From Bellilinea caldifistulae (lineage in GTDB: Bacteria > Chloroflexota > Anaerolineae > Anaerolineales > Anaerolineaceae): DNA of 32,000 nucleotides. Location of the stretch: the NCBI RefSeq assembly GCF_001306055.1, contig NZ_LGHJ01000012.1, positions 30,001-62,000 of the forward strand, written 5' to 3'. The position numbers and the translations under genes were made by a program. Shown here one piece after another: positions 7,874 to 14,801 of this stretch (within the stretch, counting starts at the first letter, position 1; each line of letters opens with the position of its first letter). The notes below the pieces were generated by a model. The model saw nothing but the letters and a program-made list of their open reading frames with translations. It was not told the DNA's origin and did not search any database.

Positions 7874-9548
7874 TACGGATCGGCACCCAGGCTAAAATGG
7901 TTGTGCCGTTGCCCGGTTCGGAGGTGATCTCCACATCTCCGCCAGCGTTACGGGCACGGGTGTGCATGTTCGAGAGGCCGTGTCCAATCGTCATCTGCAT
8001 TTTTTCGAGGTCGAATCCCCGTCCATCGTCATTGATTTCCATCAATGCCCGCTCCGCTGAAAGCCAGAGGGTGATGTTCACCGTCCTTGCGCGGGCATGT
8101 TTGGCAATGTTGGCCAGGGCTTCCTGACAAATGTGAAACAGGGCAACCGCCTGCGCTTCGCCCAGCACCGCCATTTCCTCATCCGAGCCTTGCAGGTTGA
8201 CGGTCAGCAGGGTATTGGCACGAAATTCCTGAATCAACCGCCGGATGCCCTGCATCAGGTTTTCGTTCCGCAGCTGACGCGGGCGTAAATCCAGAATATA
8301 GGCACGAATGTCCCGAATCGTGCTATTCAGATCGCTGATGGCCTGTTCAATCCGCTGGAGCATTCCTTGTGGGTCCTCTTTGACCAGTAAGCGGGCATGT
8401 TCCAGGGTCAGGCCGACCGCGTAAATGGACTGGATGATACCGTCGTGCAAATCCATGCCAATACGCTCCCGCTCCTCCAGGACTGCCAGACGACGGCCCT
8501 GCAGATTCAAACGCACGTTTTCAATGGCGGTTCCCACCCACGAACCAATCGTCGCCAAAAACTGTACTTCCATCTCATCCAGCGGACGGGGATGGCAAGA
8601 TGCCACGCACAAAACCCCCAAAACACCCTGGCGGCCGTTGATCGGCAGGCAGGCAATCTGATGGAATTCTCCCATCAAAACATCCGCGTGCAAATCGGCT
8701 GTGCCGGTATCGCTCAGGGAGATGATATGAGGCTGGTTGTTTTTGGCAACCCTCCCAATCACCCCCTCCCCCAACTGGTATTGATCTCTGGCAAACAAGG
8801 ATTTTGCCTGATGTCCACGGTGCAAAACCAGTTTGAGGGTGCGGCTGTTTTCCATGCGCAGGTACACTTCGCCCACCTCGATTTGCAGATAATCCAGCAC
8901 CTGCGTGAGGGCTTTATCCACAATCTGGTCAATGTCCGCCGAGGTTGCCAGGGTTGAGGCGAGTTCGTTGAGCAGCGCCAGGTTCTCGTTGCGGCGGGTG
9001 AGAATACGATCACGTTGAATCAGCTCCTGATACATGCGCGCATTGGTAATCGCCACCGCCGCATAAGCGGCCAGCATTTCGATCAACAACTGATCTTCTG
9101 GGGTAAATTCGGGAGCATCAATTTTATCGGTCAGATAAATCTGCCCAATATGCCGGCCGGCGTGACGAATAGGCACCCCCAGGAAGGAGGACATGGGCGG
9201 ATGATTTGGCGGGAATCCGACACTCCGCGGGTCGCTGGAAATGTCTGCCACTCGAATCGGCTGCTGAGAGTGCATCAGCGCTCCAATCAAGCCCAAACCG
9301 CGTGGCGGGTGGGCCATGCGCGCCAGTTCTTCTTCGCTCATCCCAACCGGAATAAAGGATTGCAACTCACCATCCGGCCCGATCACCCCCACAGCAGCAT
9401 AACGCGCCCCGGCCTGTTCACAGGCCACCGATGCGATTCGTTCCAGTAAAGTTTCGAGAGAGATTTCCTGAACCAGTTGTAAACTGGCTTGATGGAGTGC
9501 CAGTAAACGTTCCTCTAATTGCTCCCGAGTTAATTGTAATCCGCTCAT
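7863..9548 (-). CDS. cytoplasmic sensor histidine kinase, GAF-GAF-HisKA_3-HATPase_c
   Basis: No TM segments. There are two GAF-like blocks. ERERIGMDLHDGIIQSIYAVGL is a HisKA_3 H-box (NarX/LiaS type). The C-terminal DDGRGFD...GHGLSNMHTRA...GGDVEITSEPGNGTTI are the N/G1/G2 boxes. Confidence 0.85.
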   Translation of the reverse strand: MSGLQLTREQLEERLLALHQASLQLVQEISLETLLERIASVACEQAGARYAAVGVIGPDGELQSFIPVGMSEEELARMAHPPRGLGLIGALMHSQQPIRVADISSDPRSVGFPPNHPPMSSFLGVPIRHAGRHIGQIYLTDKIDAPEFTPEDQLLIEMLAAYAAVAITNARMYQELIQRDRILTRRNENLALLNELASTLATSADIDQIVDKALTQVLDYLQIEVGEVYLRMENSRTLKLVLHRGHQAKSLFARDQYQLGEGVIGRVAKNNQPHIISLSDTGTADLHADVLMGEFHQIACLPINGRQGVLGVLCVASCHPRPLDEMEVQFLATIGSWVGTAIENVRLNLQGRRLAVLEERERIGMDLHDGIIQSIYAVGLTLEHARLLVKEDPQGMLQRIEQAISDLNSTIRDIRAYILDLRPRQLRNENLMQGIRRLIQEFRANTLLTVNLQGSDEEMAVLGEAQAVALFHICQEALANIAKHARARTVNITLWLSAERALMEINDDGRGFDLEKMQMTIGHGLSNMHTRARNAGGDVEITSEPGNGTTILAWVPIRNEE

Positions 9549-9709
9549 ACAACCCTTTCCCTATCTTCCCGATGTATTTTACTCGAATTGTCCACGATCC
9601 GCAATTTCACCGGGTTCGACAGAATCGGCGATAATTTTAGAAATTTAAGGGGTCGCAATATCGGCTGGAGCGGGCTATAATAAGGATGAGGGAAGGAAGG
9701 AGATACCAT

Positions 9710-10522
9710 ATGGACGAACAACAACTCAAAAATCATCAACGCATCAACGACATTCTATTTGGTCCGCTCGAACGACCAGCCCTTGCCTGGCTGGCGCGCA
9801 AAATGCCGGCCTGGGTCACCCCCGATCTGTTGACCGGCATTGGTTTTGCCGCCAGCATATTGATTTTTGTTTCGTACTGGCTGACTTCGATCAGCCATTA
9901 CTTCCTCTGGCTGGCTTCGTTCGGCTTTGTCCTCAACTGGTTTGGGGATAGTCTGGACGGCACACTGGCGCGTTACCGCAAAATCGAACGCCCGCGATAC
10001 GGGTTTTTCATTGATCATGTGACAGATACCTTCAGTGAAATTCTGGTCTTCATCGGGATTGGGCTTTCGCCGTACGTGGACTTTCGGGTGGCGCTGATCG
10101 GTCTGATCAGTTACCTCAATATCTCAATTTTGGTGTACCTGATCATGGTCACCAAAGGGGTATTCAAAATCTCATTGTGGAAAATCGGCCCGACTGAAAT
10201 CCGCGTTATGGCCATCCTCGCCAACACCATTGTCTTTTTCGTCGGCAATCCGGCCTGGATTACACCGCTCGGAGAAGTCTCGTTATACAACACGATTGTG
10301 CTGTTCGTAGCAGCGTTGCTTTTGGTATTCTTCATCTACGAAGCTCTGCACACCGGCAGCGAGCTGGCAAGAGAGGATGATTTCTCCCGCCAGCGCCGTG
10401 AAGAGCGCGAGCGCCTGCGGGAGGCACGCCGTGCCCAGAAAGAACACGAGAAGATGATGCGCAAGGCACGCAAAGCCAGCGCTTCGCGCAAGAGCATTAC
10501 CGGCGGCATATCCTCGGACTAG
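9710..10522 (+). CDS. CDP-alcohol phosphatidyltransferase family protein with charged C-terminal tail
   Basis: GDSLDGTLARYRKIERPRYGFFIDHVTD matches D-x2-DG-x2-AR-x8-G-x3-D-x3-D. GGAGA lies 7 nt upstream of ATG 9710, which I prefer to the track start 9686. Confidence 0.8.
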   Translation: MDEQQLKNHQRINDILFGPLERPALAWLARKMPAWVTPDLLTGIGFAASILIFVSYWLTSISHYFLWLASFGFVLNWFGDSLDGTLARYRKIERPRYGFFIDHVTDTFSEILVFIGIGLSPYVDFRVALIGLISYLNISILVYLIMVTKGVFKISLWKIGPTEIRVMAILANTIVFFVGNPAWITPLGEVSLYNTIVLFVAALLLVFFIYEALHTGSELAREDDFSRQRREERERLREARRAQKEHEKMMRKARKASASRKSITGGISSD

Positions 10523-10570
10523 AACAAACCAAACAAAAACCAGCGAACTTTGTGTTCATCCACTTTACTG

Positions 10571-10611
10571 AGACCGAATCGGTTCAATCGCCCTCCCGAT
10601 TCGGTCTTTTT
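10571..10611 (+). terminator. rho-independent terminator
   Basis: A perfect 12-bp stem, AGACCGAAUCGG (10571-10582) with CCGAUUCGGUCU (10596-10607), runs into a U tract ending at 10611. Confidence 0.7.
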
Positions 10612-10709
10612 GCAATTCGTCAATCCATTATTTATATTATTGATAAAAATAATAACAAATTATTTACCAAAATTCTATAAAAATTATAAGATTTTCTAAC
10701 CATTTTCCT

Positions 10710-10738
10710 ATTGATCGCTTATATCTTACCCTTTATAA
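10710..10738 (+). promoter_or_regulatory. sigma70-type promoter for the leader and surface-protein transcript
   Basis: TTGATC (10710-10715), a 17-nt spacer, then a perfect TATAAT (10733-10738). It is embedded in a ~120-bp AT-rich block (10615-10740), possibly UP-element-like. Confidence 0.6.
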
Positions 10739-10744
10739 TACGGA

Positions 10745-11002
10745 TAACAAACCAAATAACCAGGGTTCACGCCTGAAGGCGGCGATGATCTGCGCAGAGG
10801 AAACTGGTCGCTAAACCTCGTAGGGAGGAACGATGCGCAGGGAGCCAGAGCGAAACCGGCCTGATCAGGCAGTGAAGCCAGACGAATTGGAGGCGTTGAA
10901 GCGTATGTCATAATCTGGTCGCTTCTCTCGGTTATGAGAGGGGCATACGCAGAGCCAGTAGCGAAACCGGCCACACCAGTATTGGTCGGTTGTTTTAATT
11001 TT
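10745..11002 (+). promoter_or_regulatory. candidate structured cis-regulatory leader RNA (tandem riboswitch-like units plus terminator), class unassigned
   Basis: Unit A (10804-10861) and unit B (10915-10972) share CUGGUCGCU ... (A/U)GCGCAG(G)GAGCCAG(A/U)AGCGAAACCGGCC. An internal hairpin covaries: CCUC/GAGG in A and CUCUC/GAGAG in B. The unit B 3' strand overlaps the terminator 5' arm. See finding. Confidence 0.5.
10966..11002 (+). terminator. leader (attenuator-type) intrinsic terminator
   Basis: ACCGGCC (10966-10972) pairs with GGUCGGU (10984-10990) for 7 bp including one G-U. UGUUUUAAUUUU follows. It lies 37 nt upstream of the start codon. Confidence 0.5.
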
Positions 11003-11038
11003 CATCATCATAGTTCGCCTTTGGGAGGGCAACACATT

Positions 11039-12421
11039 ATGAAACACAAAACCAATTTTTATCGTTCACTTTCCAGATTGACATTCTCCATTGGAAGCAT
11101 CCTCCTGATTGTTGGATTGCTGCTGGGTATGTTCCCCCAACCGGTCAGCGCAACGGTTCCGCCGGAATGGGACAAAAGCTCATTGAAGTTTAAGTCTGGT
11201 TGCACCGGCAATTGTACAGTGGTTAAAGCCAAAATTTGCAACACCGGCAGTGGTGATATGGCAGGCTCAACTACCTACGAGGTGTACTGGGCGGCCAGCG
11301 GCAACCCGAAATCTGGAAAGATTGTCGCCACAGGCACCGTTCCGGCTTTGGAATCAGGCAAATGCACCGAACTGACTTATGATCCCAAGACCAACCCGAA
11401 CGGTTCAGCCGGGAACTATATGTTCAAAGCCTATCAGCGCCCCGGCCATCCCGGCGCTGGCGAACTTTGGAGTGATCAGTGCAGTGTTGGCCAGTGCAGC
11501 CTGCCTACAGCCACGCCCATCACCCCAACACCAACGCCGATTTCACCCCTCTCGTTATCCTACACTTGCACCGATGGCGGTCAGCTTTGGCAAGTTACCA
11601 ATCCGAATAATTTTGACCTGAATTACACCTGGAGCTCCAGTACTGGTGATAGTGGAAGCAGCACAGTCCCCGCCAATGATTCCGACAATTTCTTTATCAG
11701 CGGGGAAGACAGTATGACCGTCACGGTCACTTATGAAGGCGGCTCGGTAAGCCAGACCTCCGAAGCCTGCCCCAAACCTACCGAAGAGCCAACTGAAACT
11801 CCCACCGAAACCCCGGTGGTCAGCGAGACGCCCTCGCCCACCCCTACCGACCAGCCCACCGAAACCCCGGTGGTCACCGAGACGCCTTCGCCCACCCCTA
11901 CCGACCAGCCCACCGAAACCCCGGTGGTCACCGAGACGCCTTCGCCCACCCCCACCGACCAGCCCACCGAAACCCCGGTGGTCACCGAGACGCCCTCGCC
12001 CACCCCTACCGACCAGCCCACCGAAACCCCGGTGGTCACCGAGACGCCCTCGCCCACCCCCACCGACCAGCCCACCGAAACGGTGACGCCAACCGAGAAA
12101 CCAACCGATACCGAAACTCCGCCGACCAAGACGGTAACCCCGGTAGGCACCGATGAACCCGGAAGCCCCACTCCGGAAATCACCGAAACCGCGGTGACCA
12201 CTCCCCAACCGACCAGTTCTGGGCGTGATGAAGACCGTGACCCGCAGCCACCCGCCACGCTGGCACCGCCCTCTGGCAGTAACACCTCATTGCTGATCCC
12301 CGTCACAGGTGGTGACTTAAGCCAGCCCAAGCCCTTCGGCTCCACCAGCCTGCTGCTGATCAACTTTGGTCTGGCCTTGCTCGGCTTCGGTCTGATCCTC
12401 AACGGTCTCGGACGGCACTAA
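11039..12421 (+). CDS. secreted cell-surface protein: signal peptide, Cys-containing beta-rich (CARDB-like) domains, Thr/Pro-rich tandem repeats, LPXTG-like C-terminal sorting signal
   Basis: ATG 11039 is preceded by GGGAGGG (11023-11029). The N-terminus MKHKTNFYRSLSRLTFSIGSILLIVGLLLGMFPQPVSA is a signal peptide. The C-terminus is LIPVTGG followed by the hydrophobic LLLINFGLALLGFGLILNGLG and then RH. The track start 10934 lies inside the leader hairpin and has no SD. Confidence 0.8.
   Translation: MKHKTNFYRSLSRLTFSIGSILLIVGLLLGMFPQPVSATVPPEWDKSSLKFKSGCTGNCTVVKAKICNTGSGDMAGSTTYEVYWAASGNPKSGKIVATGTVPALESGKCTELTYDPKTNPNGSAGNYMFKAYQRPGHPGAGELWSDQCSVGQCSLPTATPITPTPTPISPLSLSYTCTDGGQLWQVTNPNNFDLNYTWSSSTGDSGSSTVPANDSDNFFISGEDSMTVTVTYEGGSVSQTSEACPKPTEEPTETPTETPVVSETPSPTPTDQPTETPVVTETPSPTPTDQPTETPVVTETPSPTPTDQPTETPVVTETPSPTPTDQPTETPVVTETPSPTPTDQPTETVTPTEKPTDTETPPTKTVTPVGTDEPGSPTPEITETAVTTPQPTSSGRDEDRDPQPPATLAPPSGSNTSLLIPVTGGDLSQPKPFGSTSLLLINFGLALLGFGLILNGLGRH
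11807..12076 (+). repeat. five tandem copies of a 54-bp coding repeat (ETPVV(S/T)ETPSPTPTDQPT)
   Basis: Copies start at 11807, 11861, 11915, 11969 and 12023. They are near identical apart from a few synonymous third-position changes (ccctcg/ccttcg, cccctacc/ccccacc) and one Ser/Thr change in copy 1. Confidence 0.95.
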
Positions 12422-12439
12422 TCCGCTTCAAACCTCAAC

Positions 12440-12479
12440 AAAAAAAGCAGGGCTTGCTCAAGGCAGCCCTGCTTTTTTC
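12440..12479. terminator. bidirectional rho-independent terminator between convergent genes
   Basis: An A-run is followed by the stem GCAGGGCU (12447-12454) with AGCCCUGC (12465-12472) and then UUUUUU. This gives a U tract on both strands. It sits between the surface-protein gene and lysS. Confidence 0.75.
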
Positions 12480-12485
12480 TTTCAC

Positions 12486-14015
12486 TCAATCCTCGTCCCT
12501 TTCGCGCAAATGCGGGAAGAGAATCACCTCACGGATGGTACGCCGATCGGTCAGCAGCATCACCAGCCGGTCAATGCCCATGCCAAACCCACCGTTGGGC
12601 GGCATTCCGTAGGACATCGCCCTCAGGTAATCCTCGTCCATGGGATGACGTTCCTCGTCTTCTTCCTCATAAGCACGGCCCATTTCCAAAAAGCGTTTTT
12701 CCTGTTCCAGCGGATCGTTTAACTCGGTGAAGGCGTTGCACAATTCCATGCCGCCAATGAACCCTTCAAATCGTTCCACCGTGGTTGGGTCGCCCGGTTT
12801 GTTCTTGGCCAGCGGGGAAATGTCACGGGGGTAATCGTACAAAAAGGTCGGTTGAATCAGGGTAGGTTCCAGAAAGTCTCCCAACAGGGCATCAATCAGT
12901 TTACCGCGCGGGGCATCCGGTTTGACCGGTATATTCCGGGCGCGCATGGCTTCCGCCAGCGATTCGGTGGTGGGATGCTCGGCGATGTCAATCCCCACTG
13001 CTTCGATCAGCCCCTGTCGTAAAGAGAGCCGCCGCCACGGCGGGTTGAGGTCAATCGTATGACCGTCAAACTGGATCACCCGGGTGCCCAGCACCGAATC
13101 GCAGATGTAAACCAGCATCTCCTCGGTCAGGGTCATGACTTTTTCGTAATCGGCATAGGCCCAGTAATATTCCAGCTGGGTAAATTCCGGGTTGTGCTTG
13201 AAACTAACGCCCTCATTGCGAAAGTCGCGCCCGATTTCATAAACCCGCTCCAGCCCGCCCACCAGCAAGCGTTTGAGATACAGTTCAAAAGAGATGCGCA
13301 GATACAGGTCTTGTTTGAGTTGATTGTGGTGGGTGATAAAAGGACGCGCCGCCGCACCCCCATAAATGGGCTGCAAAATCGGAGTTTCCACTTCCAGAAA
13401 ACCACGCGCATCCAGAAATTCGCGAATCGCTCGAACAATGGCAGCCCGTTTACGGAAAACCTCGCGCACCTCCGGGTTGACCGCCAGGTCGGCGTAGCGC
13501 TGGCGGTAGCGCGTTTCCGGGTCAGTCAGGGCGGCATGACGAACCACCTGCCCGTCCACCACCTCATCTTTGGCAGCCGGCAGGGGAGAGATGGCTTTTG
13601 CCAGCATGCGAAAAGCATGGACATGCAGAGTAATTTCGCCGGTGCGGGTGCGAAACAACACGCCCTCAGCCTCGATAAAATCACCAAGGTCGAAATACTC
13701 GTTGAAGAACGCCAGTTGTTCCTCTCCCAGTTCATTAACCCGCAGGAACAGTTGAATCCGTCCGCTGCCGTCTTCGATATGCGCAAAGGTGATTTTGCCC
13801 ATCGTGCGCACCGAACGGATGCGCCCGGCCAGTGTGGCACGCACCGGCAGCAGATCAGCGCCATTTTGGGCATTTTGTTCCATCGCCTCAAATTCCTGAA
13901 TGGCCTGGGCAGCCGTATGGGTGGGATGAGCGCGGGTGGGATACGGTTCAATGCCCTGCTGGCGAAGTTTGAGCATTTTTTCCACACGAATTTTTTCCAG
14001 ATCAGATAATTCCAT
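12486..14015 (-). CDS. lysS: lysine--tRNA ligase (class II)
   Basis: The OB-fold N-terminal region plus class II motifs (FRNEGVSFKHNPEFTQLEYY; GGFGMGIDRLVMLLT) are typical LysS. ATG 14015 (MELSDLEKIR...) has a GAAGGAAAC SD. The GTG 14051 start in the track abuts the greA terminator U tract. Confidence 0.9.
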   Translation of the reverse strand: MELSDLEKIRVEKMLKLRQQGIEPYPTRAHPTHTAAQAIQEFEAMEQNAQNGADLLPVRATLAGRIRSVRTMGKITFAHIEDGSGRIQLFLRVNELGEEQLAFFNEYFDLGDFIEAEGVLFRTRTGEITLHVHAFRMLAKAISPLPAAKDEVVDGQVVRHAALTDPETRYRQRYADLAVNPEVREVFRKRAAIVRAIREFLDARGFLEVETPILQPIYGGAAARPFITHHNQLKQDLYLRISFELYLKRLLVGGLERVYEIGRDFRNEGVSFKHNPEFTQLEYYWAYADYEKVMTLTEEMLVYICDSVLGTRVIQFDGHTIDLNPPWRRLSLRQGLIEAVGIDIAEHPTTESLAEAMRARNIPVKPDAPRGKLIDALLGDFLEPTLIQPTFLYDYPRDISPLAKNKPGDPTTVERFEGFIGGMELCNAFTELNDPLEQEKRFLEMGRAYEEEDEERHPMDEDYLRAMSYGMPPNGGFGMGIDRLVMLLTDRRTIREVILFPHLRERDED

Positions 14016-14051
14016 GAGATGAGTTTCCTTCTTTTCGCTGCTTGATTTCAC

Positions 14052-14086
14052 AAAAAAGCCCCGCCGGCTTGTTCAGCGGGCGGGGC
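14052..14086 (-). terminator. rho-independent terminator after greA
   Basis: On the minus strand, GCCCCGCC...GGCGGGGC forms a stem (14058-14065 with 14079-14086) followed by UUUUUU (14052-14057). Confidence 0.7.
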
Positions 14087-14104
14087 GGTTAACCGACCCC
14101 CGGG

Positions 14105-14569
14105 TTATTCCACCTTGACGATGGTCACCCAGAACGAACCCGCCGGGGCATCCACCTGCACCTTATCACCCGGCTTATGATTGAGCAACGCCTTACCCAG
14201 CGGGGACTCGTTGGAAATTTTGCCCTCGCTCGGATCAGCCTCGGCTGCTCCAACAATACTGTAGGTTTCCTGCGTATCGCTGCCTTCTTCCTGAATGGTT
14301 ACCCGGCAGCCGACCTGCACGCTATCCGCCGCAGGAATTTCATCCACGATTCGGGCGGTTGCCAGCAGGATTTCCAGCTCCTTGATGCGGCCTTCCACAA
14401 AAGCCTGTTCGTTTTTTGCCGCTTCATATTCTGCGTTTTCGATCAGTTCGCCCCCTTCCATGGCTTCGTGCAGACGCTGGGCAATTTCCTGCCGGCGCTG
14501 AGTACGCAGATACTCCAGTTCCTCCTGTAGCTTTTCAAAACCCTCTCTGGTCAGGAATGAGGTTGGCAT
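14105..14569 (-). CDS. greA: transcription elongation factor GreA
   Basis: MPTSFLTREGFEKLQEELEYLRTQRRQEIAQRL... is a coiled-coil N-terminus. The C-terminal ISNESPLGKALLNHKPGDKVQVDAP is the GreA FKBP-like domain. AAAGGA lies upstream of ATG 14569. Confidence 0.9.
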   Translation of the reverse strand: MPTSFLTREGFEKLQEELEYLRTQRRQEIAQRLHEAMEGGELIENAEYEAAKNEQAFVEGRIKELEILLATARIVDEIPAADSVQVGCRVTIQEEGSDTQETYSIVGAAEADPSEGKISNESPLGKALLNHKPGDKVQVDAPAGSFWVTIVKVE

Positions 14570-14687
14570 GTTATCAATCCTTTTTCGGTGCGGTTGGTGA
14601 GTTACGGGCTTCCCCCACACGCCCACTGACGAGGCTTAAATGAAAGAAAATCACTCCCTGGGAGAGATTTTCGGCTGTGGTGAGAAA

Positions 14688-14716
14688 ATCATATCATAAA
14701 TTGTTTTGAATTGCAA
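14688..14716 (-). promoter_or_regulatory. putative sigma70 promoter for greA
   Basis: On the minus strand: TTGCAA (14716-14711), a 17-nt spacer, then TATGAT (14693-14688). Confidence 0.45.
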
Positions 14717-14801
14717 GTTTATCGCAACTCAGGCGCATCTCGCTGATGTATAATCCAATTGATCCAAGCCACTTATGTGGGTAATTTATCGGAGGTGTCC
14801 C

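Noticed and set aside
9620-9640. GGGTTCGAC segment resembling a tRNA T-arm in the 9549-9709 intergenic region
   Set aside because: There is no acceptor stem, anticodon arm or GTTCGAATC-type loop context around it. The gap reads as a divergent promoter region.
10804-10861. Possible identity of the leader with the ydaO (c-di-AMP), c-di-GMP-I or glnA riboswitch classes, based on short matches (GCUAAACCUCGUAGG, ACGCAGAGCC, GUAGGGAGGAACG)
   Set aside because: From memory of those consensus structures, the matching segments occur in the wrong order or spacing, and other invariant blocks are missing. I do not assign a class. The question is left open for cmscan under the main finding.
10726-11047. 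Minus-strand ORFs of 82 aa and 60 aa, and the 10934 ATG extension of the plus-strand ORF, within the leader region
   Set aside because: None has an SD or a recognisable motif. The 10934 ATG sits in the loop and 3' arm of the unit B hairpin. The region is better explained as structured untranslated RNA between the mapped promoter and the signal-peptide start at 11039.
11807-12076. A regular 54-bp tandem repeat that could superficially suggest a CRISPR array
   Set aside because: The copies are directly adjacent with no unique spacers, lie in frame inside a CDS, and encode an 18-aa PT-rich unit. No cas genes are present in the window.
11555-12402. Two long minus-strand ORFs (217 aa and 223 aa) rich in G/R/V repeats, opposite the surface-protein gene
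   Set aside because: They are reverse-complement shadows of the GC-rich 54-bp Thr/Pro coding repeats. Their products are low-complexity GGRGRLGDHRGFGGLVG or GVSVGWSVGVGEGVSVTT repeats with no start context. The plus-strand frame has a signal peptide, an SD and a sorting signal.
13059-14009. 316-aa plus-strand ORF antisense to lysS. Similar long antisense ORFs lie at 8397-8957, 17164-17874, 20671-21459, 25512-26183 and 26190-26753
   Set aside because: All lie wholly inside confidently identified genes on the other strand (lysS, kinase, oxidoreductase alpha, moaA, ABC ATPase). Their products are compositionally odd (R/G/Q/H-rich) and they have no start context. These are typical shadow ORFs of GC-rich DNA.
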